Assembly: GCF_006345805.1 (NCBI RefSeq)
Contig: NC_043009.1
Coordinates: forward strand, 49,042,001-49,106,000
Reading direction: 5' to 3'
Source of the DNA: Octopus sinensis
Lineage: Eukaryota
DNA length: 64,000 nucleotides
The position numbers and the translations under genes were made by a program. Within the stretch, counting starts at the first letter, position 1. Each line of letters starts with the position of its first letter. Shown in pieces: positions 53,135-64,000 of the stretch. The notes under the pieces are model-generated. The model did not search any database, was not told the origin of the DNA, and saw only the letters and a list, made by a program, of their open reading frames with translations.

Positions 53135-53535
53135 GGAAGTCGGACATAGTCTTAATTGAGAAAGAAAACAAACTATGCTGGATCATAGATATAGCATGCC
53201 CAGCTGAGAACAAGGTATGCGATAAGGAAGAAAGAAAAGTCAAGAGATATGACAGGCTAGCTTGGGAAGTTAAGCAGTTGTGGTCGATGAAAAAGGTAGC
53301 AGTAGTACCAATAATTGTTGTAGCCCAGGGAACAGTGAGCAAAAATCTCGAGAAGTACGTGGAACAAATAGGAGCTTCAATAAGGGTGGAGCACTTGCAG
53401 AAAACAGCACTGCTTGGAACCGCTCGAATACTCCGGAAGGGGCTCGAAAAATAAGAAGTGTTACCTTAGTTCACTGGTAGTGAACAGGTGACATCATAGT
53501 ATATCTCCAGCGTTAGAAGCTGTGCAAAGGCAGCA
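53135..53535 (+). mobile_element. R4/Dong-clade retrotransposon 3' end: restriction-like endonuclease domain plus 3' UTR
   Basis: Open frame to 53454: RKSDIVLIEKENKLCWIIDIACP..KVKRYDRLAWEVKQLW..VVPIIV..GTV..LQKTALLGTARILRK (PD-(D/E)xK-type RLE with the R4/Dong LQK..LLGTARILR end). Begins directly after (AAT)n. Confidence 0.9.
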
Positions 53536-53557
53536 ATAACTATTATTATTATAATCC

Positions 53558-54185
53558 TTTCTACGATGGGCACGAGGCTTGAAAGCTGAGTGGAAGGAGG
53601 CTAGTCGACTGTAATCGACACCAACCCTCAACTGATATTTAAATTATCCATTTCGAAAGGGCGAACAACAAAGTCGGCCTCAGCGGAATTTGAACTCAGA
53701 AGTAATTTGTCCCATACTAATGTACAAGTTCAGAAGAGGCTCGCTCTATTCGGGCCAGTCTCGACGCATTCACCCAACCTCACCAAATTCACAGGGTAGA
53801 GGAATCTTACCCCTCTACACCCTTACCCGCCCCACCATCCTTTTAAATGAAATTTCAACAAAATCAATGAAGATTTGGCCAAAAAGGAAAGCTTTCTAAT
53901 TTTGGTACAAGGTCAACAATTTTGAAGAGAACAGGTTTGTGCATTACATCTACCCCAGTACTTAGCTGGTACTTTATTTTATTGAACCTCAGTGAGACAA
54001 AAGCAAAGTCGGCTTTGGCGGGATATGAACTCAGAAGGTAAAATGATCGAATAAATGATGCAAAGCACTAATTTTCAAAGCTGTAACGCATCTACCAACC
54101 AGCCATTTTAATAATCCTTTCTACTATAGACACAAAGCCAGACATTTTGGAAAGGAGTGGAGTAGTCATTCACATCAACCCCAGT
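53558..54185 (-). mobile_element. Degenerate family A SINE fragments (53558-53715, 53895-54110, 54115-54185)
   Basis: AAAGTCGGC..GGAATTTGAACTCAGAAG remnants. Confidence 0.6.
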
Positions 54186-54199
54186 AATTGGGACCGGTT

Positions 54200-54460
54200 T
54201 GTTGCTGCGCAAGGTGACTATTTCGAAGAACATGATGTTAAAACTTGGGTAACTAAGTTATTACGGAGATGTACTTGCATAGCAAGTGACCTGATCTGAG
54301 ATCGTGTGCTGGAACGAAAACAATTGCAGCGTGGAAGGTGTTTATAAGCCATTTAAGAAACACACAAAATCCGTTAGATTTACTTCAACATTTAAATTTA
54401 ATTTGTCAAATATTTTCGTCGCTTTGAGACCGCGACCTATTCACTGACAAAATTCCGTGC
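54200..54460 (+). mobile_element. Non-coding repeat family also present in folded-back form at 28.4-28.9 kb
   Basis: TTACGGAGATGTACTTGCATAGCAAGTGACCTGATCTGAGATCGTGTGCTGGAACG..GTCGCTTTGAGACCGCGACC. Confidence 0.75.
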
Positions 54461-55302
54461 TGAGATGCAGAAATGTTTATATACAGATAGAGAGAGATAT
54501 AAAGAGGGGTGGAGAGATATTTCAATTTATTAATTGAAGAATATTGACATAGGCACTTTCCCTCTCCCCAAACACATAAAGAGAAATATATAGGCACTTT
54601 CCCTCTCCCCAAACACATAAAGAAAAATACACAAAAACAGAGGGAAAGAGAGAAAGAGAAAGAGAGAAAACGAGACAAAAATTGAAACGTTTGATGTCAG
54701 ATAAGTCAGCATCGAATCAGCGGTGCCAAGCAAGCAGCGCCAAAACAGTTACGCCAAAATTCTCATACCCCTCGAAGTAACTACAGCTTCACTGGTTAAT
54801 ACTTCTCTTACAGTAGAAGGTCAGCGGTGACTATAAGTTTTGAAAACCTCTTCTAGTGAGGCTAATGATGCACCTGACAGATATTCAGATTTGAATGTCG
54901 ATACAAAAAGAAAATATGTGTAAGGAGGTCATTTTGTTTCAGAGACAAATATACTTAGTGATGAGGGTTTACATATGACACAGAATAGTGTAATTTATAT
55001 AGGGTCCAATGACTAAAAGGCTTGGTTACGATTGCAATGTGTGACAACATAAGGATGTGACTTTTAACAATGTCTGTGGCTTACACAGGTTTTATGGGAG
55101 AAATTATATAGACGGAGTCTGTGTGGAAGATTGCCGAATAAATGGTGCCAGTAATTCAATGATTCTGCTTCGTCACGTGTTGTATCAGATTGCTTACATC
55201 TCTGGTTTACATTAAGGATCTACATATCACTGGAATACTCAGCCATATTGCACGGTAAATCAAAGAATAGCTCATGTAGCTATTCCATTAACTGAACGTC
55301 AT

Positions 55303-55333
<31 letters not shown>

Positions 55334-55407
55334 ATGTCTGTACGTATGTATGTACGTATTATGTATGTATGTGTGCGTATAAACTATTATATATAAATAT
55401 ATATGTA

Positions 55408-55477
<70 letters not shown>

Positions 55478-57364
55478 GAACGTATATATCATATGCATAT
55501 GCATATATAACTAATGTATACAATATATGCTATGACGTATATCAGTTTTATATATGTATGTGTGTCTACATATGCTTATACCATAATATGATAAATGTAT
55601 ATATATATATGTATGTACATATGTACGTACTTATCTTTGTATGTATATATATATATACGTATGTATGTATGTATGTAAGTATATATATGTATGTATTCTT
55701 TTACACTACTGACAATCTCACTCTGTCCAACTCTGACACAGTACAGCGATGATGAAGTTGAAGCGATTACATTCAGTCTCCATATTTGACGTATGTTTAA
55801 TCAATGATGCTATTGACATCAGATACGAAACAATCTACTCATTTCCTCATAAAAAATAAGTTAGAATTGCAAAAGAAGAAAAAAAGGATACAATAATAGA
55901 GAAATAAAACAAAAAAATTTCATATAAAATAAAGAAACAAATATATAAGATTTTTTAAAAAACATCCAAAACAAACCAGTTTTCAAAAAAGAAAAACAAA
56001 CAAAACACGAATAAACGAAAAACGAACGAAAGAGAATTTTCCTAAAACCTAAATCAAATGATTAAATGTTTTTTAAATGAATTGATTAATCAATTAATAT
56101 TTAACAAAAATAAGTTGATTTTAATTGATAATCATTGACAACTCACACAGGAACAATTTGATGCAATGGAGAATTTGAGTAAAGTTGATGATTTTGTTAA
56201 ACATTTCAGCTGCCGTTCGAAGACAAACTGCCAATATGGTGAGGAATTTGTTATTGTAGAAATCAATACATGCTGAACATTAAATAGTCTTCGCTTTCAT
56301 TCTGTTTTGCTATCCTAATTAATCCTCCTGGTCTCTAGGTATTGGTTTTCCGTCGCTTATTGGCACTGTTTTTAGAGCAAAACCGACTGTGTAGTGTGAA
56401 GATGGATGGATGGATGACTGAGTGGCGGTATGTATAGATGGATGGATGGATGGATGGACGGACGGAGTGATGGAATGATACATGGATGGATGGATGGATG
56501 GATGGATGGAGGAGAGAATGATTGAAAGAAAGAGAGACAGAAATAACGAAGGAAAAAAAATGAAGAGACGAAACGAATACAAGGACTAGAAGAACAAAGA
56601 TAAATTGATGTTTTCTGCCAGACGTATGTACGAAAGAGAGCGCTGTGTAGAATAATCAAACATATGTACGATTCTGTAGCAATCTCAAGTGTGTTAAGAT
56701 AAATTTCTTCATTGATCACGGAGACACATTTTCGGGGGTTTAAAATATAAAGAAATGCACAAAGAAATATATATGAATAAAAACAACAAAAACTTAACTC
56801 AAAAAAGAACACAAACACATAAGAATAATATAAAATGTATTACTACGTAGATAAACAAATAAATAAATAACATAGATAATTAATTAATAAATAAATAAAT
56901 ACTTAAATAAATAAATAAGCGTTAGGTAAGATTTCTTATAAATGCTGAAATGACAGACGAAATCTATTTGTGTTTGTTATTTGCTTTGGTAAAATATTAC
57001 CGCTTGGGAATTACAAATGGCGGTGAGAAGTTCATGAAAAGTCTTGTCTTGAATTCTGATTGACTCACGAACGGTAAATCTAGAAAAAAATTTGATTTAC
57101 GTTCATCTGTTAGACTCAATAATAAATTATAAAGCAAAGGTCTGCTTCCGAACAGCAACGTTTAGGAGGATGTCGTGGTGGTGGCGACGGCAGCGTCTCG
57201 GCGGGGCTGCTACTGCAGCTAGTGGTGTTTAGTCCAGAGCAAGTCCTGATCAGAATAGACTTAGAAGCAAAGGGGTTCCACCCATAATCGTTCCATCTCT
57301 TAGTCGTTGTCCACGCCAAACTATATCATTTGTTATATTCGTCTCTTAAGATGGCAGGATGTGA

Positions 57365-57769
57365 AAGGCGGTGAGCTGGCAGAAATGTTAGCACGCCGGG
57401 CGAAATGCGTAGCCGTATTTCATCTGCCGTTACATTCTGAGTTCAAATTCCGCCGAGGTCAACTTTGCCTTTTATCCTTTCGGGGTCAATAAATTAATTA
57501 CCAGTCACGCACTGGGGTCGATGTAATCGACTTGGTCCGTTTGTTTGTCCTTGTTTGTCCTCTATGTGTTTAGCCCCTCGTGAGTAGTAAAGAAATAGGT
57601 ATTTCGTCTGCCGCTACGTTCTGAGTTCAAATTCCACCGAGGTCAACTTTGCCTTTCATCCTTTCAGGGTCGATAAATTAAGTACCAGTTACGCACTGGA
57701 GTCGATTTAATCGACTTAATCCCTTTGTTTGTTCCCTCTATGTTTAGCCCCTTGTGGGCAGTAAAAAAA
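57365..57769 (+). mobile_element. Family A SINE dimer (one head, two bodies) with 18-bp TSD
   Basis: TAAGATGGCAGGATGTGA at 57347-57364 and 57770-57787 flanks the entire dimer. Confidence 0.93.
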
Positions 57770-58588
57770 TAAGATGGCAGGATGTGATTTTAAGAAAATG
57801 TGGCTGCTTTTTTTTTTACACAACGGATCAACGTTGAGGCTCATTGTTGGTTTCACTGTGATAGTGTTACTGCTTTTATTATCTCTAAACCAACCTTGAC
57901 TTATGATCGAAGCAGTTTAGCTACTATTTCTATCATATCGAGACACTATATAAAAACACGCTAGCCAGTTTATCTGTAACGACATAGTTTCGAATCTTCG
58001 TGGAAAACACAAATTCCGCAATGGATCCTCCTAAAGAAATGCTTAAACTTCATAAAGCTCCAGCACAGGTCATTCCATCTGTCATGCAGTTCAGTAAATA
58101 AGATGGGACATAAAAATTTCCCTGTAGAGGCCGATAGTCTCTATAAGCTGGATGCGCTTGTTATTTAGACCTGGTTAACATTGACCAAGCAGATGCATAA
58201 CCAAAAGAATTTTACCCATTTTCCTTTTCCTCCTAATTATTTCGACAGTATATTTCGAAGTGCATTATTAAACGCTTCTTTCCTTCTTTAAAAATGCTAT
58301 GTGATTTGAGGGAACATTTAGTTGTTATATTTAGTAAGTTAGGTGACTGCTTAGGGGTTCCCTATAGTGGTGGTATAGAGAATAAATTAACATTCAGCCA
58401 TGAGTCCGATTTCAAATCCCATTAAGTATCAAGTTTGATGTCACTAGTCTTTTCAGATATAGGTTTTGTTGATTAGAATCTAATCCGGCTCCTTACGTTC
58501 TGAGGCCAAATTTCGCCGAGGTCGATTTGTCCACTCCCATCAAAATGATTGCCCTTGTTCCAGAATTAGAAACAATTACCATGTTAAT

Positions 58589-58892
58589 CACCGTGACCGA
58601 CCAGGCTATCATATGCTACATATCGCTGGTCAGAATGCACTTCGCATTGTTTTAGCCTTCAAAATGATGCCACCCCGCTGGCTAAGCGAGCAGGCCAACA
58701 GAAGAAAGTGTGAGAGAAAGTCGTGGCGAAAGAGTACAGCAGGGATCGCCACCACCACCCCACTGCCGGAGCCTCGTGGAGCTTTAGGTGTTTTCGCTCA
58801 ATAAGCAATCACAACGCCCGGTCTGGGAATCGAAACCGCGATCCTACGACCGTGAGTCCGCTGCCCTAACCAGTGGGCCATTGCGCCTCCAC
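58589..58892 (-). mobile_element. tRNA-derived SINE, family D, with 11-bp TSD
   Basis: Head GTGGAGGCGCAATGGCCCACTGGTTAGGG..GGTTTCGATTCCC; ACCATGTTAAT at 58578-58588 and 58893-58903. Confidence 0.9.
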
Positions 58893-59013
58893 ACCATGTT
58901 AATAAATGTTTAAAATCTACAACTAAAGCATAAATGTAACAATTTGGGCAGAGGTTTTCTTAATGAGAGATTACATGGCATTAAAATGCATTAAGTCGGT
59001 GAGTTTAATCGTT

Positions 59014-59195
59014 AGTGGGCCGATCAAAATGCTTAGCGGCATTTCGTCCGTCTTTTCATTCTGATTTCAAATCCCTCCTGGGTCGACTTTACCTTTCATC
59101 ATTTCGGGGTCGATAAATTAAGCACCAAATGAGTAATGGGAGATATTTAATCGACTTATCCATCCTCCAAAGTCTTTGTGCCAAAATTTGAAAAC
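59014..59195 (+). mobile_element. Family A SINE (degenerate)
   Basis: GCTTAGCGGCATTTCGTCCG..GGGTCGACTTTACCTTTCATC..GGGGTCGATAAATTAAG. Confidence 0.78.
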
Positions 59196-60361
59196 AATAT
59201 TTCAATGCATCTGCAAGAACCATGACGATAATTTCTCGACCAGAAAGACTTAAGCAATCCAACTATGTCCATCCTGTCTCTCGTAATTATGAAGAATTAC
59301 ACTATATAATGTTATGCGAGGTAGCCTTCATTTTTGTGGTGGTGTTGGTGGTGGTGGATTTAAGGGGAATTTGACTGCTATTTCGAGCAGATTGTAAAAC
59401 TCTGTTGAAGCTCCTTTGTTAATTCGTCTGTGGTTACAATGAATCGAGCACAATGCAATATTTAATAAAGGTTTTCTTCACAATTTAATAGATATTGATT
59501 TCTAATTGAGCCACAACAAGTTTATTGTTGCAGAAAATGTTGTTAGTCAATTGTATTGATTTTAGTATATAGCTATCGATTTCGGAAAAATGCAACGAAA
59601 CGTCTATCCCTGTTGGATTTGCACTTTGGGATTCCAGAAGATCGGAATGAGGTTCAACCGCATGGGGCATTCAGAGAGCCCTACAAAACATCCCAGATTA
59701 TTCTGACGCATTAAATGCATGTGATCTCTCCTGAATCTTGCTGCTGCGAACCTATAGCCGTTTTCTTAGTGCAAACCAATTCAACAACATCGATGTCATC
59801 GTTATTAGCCATGACCTATAAAATTTACTGTGAGTGAGGGTAGCTCTCCTTTCTCTCGTCTTCAGGTAAAATCTGAACTAGTTGATAATGCGCTGGTCTG
59901 ACAAAAAATATCTCGAGTTTCATTCCTTAAGACTCTGTTCGTAGCCACCAGATGTAGGGAGACTACTCCCTCTTCTTTGCAACAGGAAAAATGAAGTGGA
60001 ATGGTCTGGAATGGACTGTCCATTCGCATTGCAGATCTATATGTTTTGAAGCATATACAGTATGTCAAATTAAAGTTGTATGTCCCACTAGATTGATCAG
60101 ATCAGTTTGTGGTACAAAGTGTTCCCCGATAAAAATTTCAAACGTTTTTGACTTGAAGTTGAACGTTCTCACTGGTTAGGTCTGCACATGGTACCACTCT
60201 TTTTCCATCAGCATAGTGCTCTTAGTAGATGAAATGACAAATGAGATCACCATAAGCAGAGCTCTATATGTCATTGAATTATAGTCATAAATGTTTGTAC
60301 AACACAAGTCATCTCGATTTGGAATGTCACAAGGTACTAATCACAGAGACTTGGAGAGTTG

Positions 60362-60820
60362 TACATACATACATACATATATACATACATGCATACATAC
60401 ATGCATGCATACATACATACATACATGCATACATGCATACATACATACATACATGTATACATGCATGCATGCATACATACATACATACATATATACATGC
60501 AAACATACATACATATATACATACATACATATATACATATATACGTGCATGCATACATACGCACATACATACATACACACATACATACATTCAAACATAG
60601 ACAACATACACACATACATACATACATGCATACATACATGCATAAATACATATAGGCATACATACATACATAGATACACACATAGATGCATGCATACACA
60701 CATACATACTCACACATACATAATTCATTCATACATACATACATACATACATACATACATACATACATACATACAAACATACATACATACATACATACAT
60801 ACAAACATACATACATACAT
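60362..60820 (+). repeat. Degenerate (CATA)n tract (~460 bp)
   Basis: Directly visible; source of the spurious 251-aa HTYI ORF. Confidence 0.95.
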
Positions 60821-62969
60821 AGTAGAAACCACCTCCCCCAAGGTACCGTGTAGTGGAATTGAACCACCCTTAACCACATGCTTACAAAGTGAGCTTCTTA
60901 CTCACTCAGATATGTTTGCGTCTCTTAAAGACATTTTCGTCTCCATTTCTTTCTTTCTTTTTTCTTTCTTTCTGTGTTTTTTTTTTTTTTCCAGACCGAA
61001 AAAAATTGGGTCATTTTCGATTTTGACGAGTGAAAATCTTGCATAGACAACTTGCATAGATATCTACGGTTACGTTAAAGACATCAGGAAGTGGCCTTTG
61101 TGCGAGCCTTTCAAAGAGCTAGAAACAACAGCTTGATAATGATGATGATGATGATGATGATGATGGTGGTGGTGGGGGGGGGTTGATGATGGTGATGATG
61201 AAGATGAAGATGCGTTGGTGATGATGACGAAGAAGAAGAGGGTTCTGGTCATGGTGATGGTGGTAGTACTGCTGCTACCGCTGCTGCCGGTGATAATGTT
61301 GATGATGATGACGATGCTGATGATGATGATGATGATGCTGAGGAGGAGGAGGGGGGGAACAGGACTACGATGATGATGATGATGATGATGATCTTGACCA
61401 TGATATTTCGTATGAAGCTAACACGCACACATATACACGCGCAAACAATTACACACACACAAACACACACGCACACACAAACACACACACACACACTCGC
61501 TCGCATACACTCATACTTGTACATACACATACAAAACACAGGGGTGCATACACACACACACACACGCATGAAAGTACGTACAATGAATACTAAACACCAA
61601 AATAAGTCAATACAATGCATTCTTTTCTTTGTTAATTTCCTGCTGCACTTAAAAGTGTTATAGCTGCATCGGGAACTGCAGCAGTTATGCAGTTGTACTT
61701 ATCTGCATGCGCTGAAAACGGTTAATTATCTATTAGCATTAGAATTTAAATGTGCATCATATGTGCAGCGTCATTGCCTTGCCATTGAAATGTGTCGCTT
61801 AGAAATGCACATACAGTTGCACATGTAAATGAACATGCGAATGCATATGCGCAAATTAGGCGCATGCATGTCTAATTGCTGGACATTGCAGACAAGTGCA
61901 TGCTATGAGTGCCAAGTAAGAGCATGGACAGAGATGGCGTAGATTGAAGAGAGGAAGAGGAGGAGGAGGAGGAGGTGGTGGAGGAGGGGAGGGGAAGGTC
62001 TCGGTGTGATGTGCGGTGGGCAGGGGGTTGGATGTTGCGAATGGGAGTGGCGGGATGGAGTGAGTGCCACAGTGGTTGGTTGGCTGGTTGGTTGGTTGGT
62101 TGGTTGGTTGGGTGTGAGAGAGGGTGGATGTGACCGGGTGTGTGGAGCAGGGGTTGTTATGATGCGCTGGGTGTGGTCTTCCTGCGATGAGGTACGCCGT
62201 GGCACAGTGCGGCAGAGAATGTGTCGTGGTTGTGGGTGATTTATTCTATATTTGTATTCAATGCATGCGCACCTAACAGCAACAACAACGACAGCAATAA
62301 TATTGGATGCGAAAACCACGTGGTAACAAAAAAAATACAACAAAAAACAACAATGGCAACAACGAGAACAGCAACAACAACAGCAACAGCAACAACAAAA
62401 ACAAAATCAAAGCCAAACCACGTAAAAACAAAAACCAAAAAAATGCAACAAAAACAAGAATGACAAATAATAATAATAACAACAACAACAACAACAACAA
62501 TAATAATAATAATAATAATAACAACAACAATAACAACAACAGCAACAATAACGACAACAACAACACTAACAACACAAATATAGAATAAATCGTCCACAAC
62601 GACATCACAACAGTAACAATGACATTAACGATGACGGCAACAACAACAACATCAACAACATCAACAACAATAACAACTGCAACAACAACAATGATAACAA
62701 TAACAACATTGACACCATCTTCGTCAACAACGACAACAGCACTGATTCATAACGCCTCCACCATTGCGCCGCTGTTAGGAACTGTCCCTGACGCCTAATG
62801 GTTGTAGTTAGGGATCTGCATATTTTATACCCTAAACTACTACCACCAACACACCACCCACGCCATCACTACCACCAAAACCACCAACACCACCACTATT
62901 CCACTCCTACCAATGCCATCTCCTCACCGCTCAGGTCCCTCCTTTTCTTCGCCCGGTTCCTATTTCATC

Positions 62970-63425
62970 GATACCATCATCATCATCATCATCGTCCTCA
63001 TCATCATCATCACCACCACCATCATCACCATCATCATCATCATCATTACCATCATTATCATCATCATCGTCATCATCATCACCACCACCATCATCACCAT
63101 CATCACCAACATCATCATCATCACCAACATCATCATCATCATCATCATCATCATCACCACCACCATCATCACCATCATCACCACCATCATCATCATCATC
63201 ATCATCGTCATCATCATCATCATCATCATCATCACCACCACCATCATCACCATCATCATCATCATCATTACCATCATTATCATCATCATCGTCATCATCA
63301 TCACCACCACATCATCACCATCATCACCAACATCATCATCACCAACATCATCATCATCATCATCATCATCATCACCACCACCATCATCACCATCATCACC
63401 ACCATCATCATCATCATCATCATCG

Positions 63426-63457
<32 letters not shown>

Positions 63458-63622
63458 GTCAATACCACCACCACCATCATTACCATCATCATCATCATCA
63501 TCATCATCATCGTTGTAGTGGTCGTCATCGTTGTCGTTACGTTATCATAAACGCAACGATGAACGTGTTCCTGCTGATCCTGATCCTGATGAACTACTAC
63601 TAATACTACTACTACTACTACT

Positions 63623-63681
<59 letters not shown>

Positions 63682-63745
63682 CACCACCACCACCACCACC
63701 ACCACCGCCACCACTACCACCACCAACTACTACTACGACTACGTC
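62970..63745 (+). repeat. (CAT/CAC)n then (CTA/CCA)n field with internal higher-order duplication
   Basis: CATCATTACCATCATTATCATCATCATCGTCATCATCATCACCACCAC recurs at about 63040 and about 63265. Confidence 0.9.
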
Positions 63746-64000
63746 AACTCTGCGGTGAGTTCATCTTCCCCTCGCCCCTCCCCGCCTTCTCTACCCCCTT
63801 GTCATCATTACCGAACCTGTTAATGAACAATTGTGATGGATTCGCTTTGTATCATTTGCCTCATTAGAACAATTAGCAACGATCATCTGAAATGCTATTT
63901 CGTATCTGTTTTTGAGTTCCTATTCGTGGTTGTTGCTGTGGTGGTGGTGGTGGTGGTGGTGGTGGTGTTGATGGTGGTGGTGGTTGTGGTGGTGGTGGTG

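Noticed and set aside
54200-54240. AAQGDYFEE resembling a mariner transposase C-terminus
   Set aside because: Too short, with no TIR or TA TSD identified.
54549-54623. 41-bp tandem duplication (also a ~18-bp triplication at 20650-20710)
   Set aside because: Ordinary slippage products with no further structure.
56319-56385. Short peptide-like frames (GFALKTVPISDGKPIPRDQED on minus; VKSELVDNALV at 59868 on plus)
   Set aside because: Acceptor-like context only, several frames equally plausible, and no homology recognised.
60291-61046. 251-aa ORF and the many other long YI/HT/CV/poly-I/poly-L/poly-H ORFs (e.g. 62798-63550, 36264-36818, 34353-34883)
   Set aside because: They are translations of microsatellites that lack stop codons in some frames; no coding signature.

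Overview
AT-rich, repeat-dominated eukaryotic DNA with no host protein-coding gene that I can identify. Nearly all ORFs in the supplied track are translations of microsatellites. The SINE families and the dense (TA)n/(CA)n/(GATA)n/(AAT)n/(CAT)n tracts point to a coleoid cephalopod, most likely Octopus (inference from recalled repeat families, not a database search). Coding relics: two R4/Dong-type non-LTR fragments, one CR1/L2-type RT 3' end, one RTE-type 3' end, and a Helitron helicase C-terminus with an intact hairpin-CTAG 3' end. There are at least five tRNA-derived SINE families and a 100-N scaffold gap at 39967-40066. The main result is a set of non-coding elements, mostly embedded in (TA)n, that carry hammerhead ribozyme (HHR) motifs. 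The best is a 778-bp terminally redundant element (32871-33648, minus strand) whose 552-nt monomer has a complete type I HHR across the repeat junction, i.e. a retrozyme-like candidate circular RNA. A second near-intact GUC HHR lies inside a 310-bp element with about 39-bp terminal inverted repeats (29791-30100). Minimal or degenerate HHRs occur at 19.7, 36.9, 44.1, 47.5 and 47.8 kb. All folds were done by eye and no activity is demonstrated.
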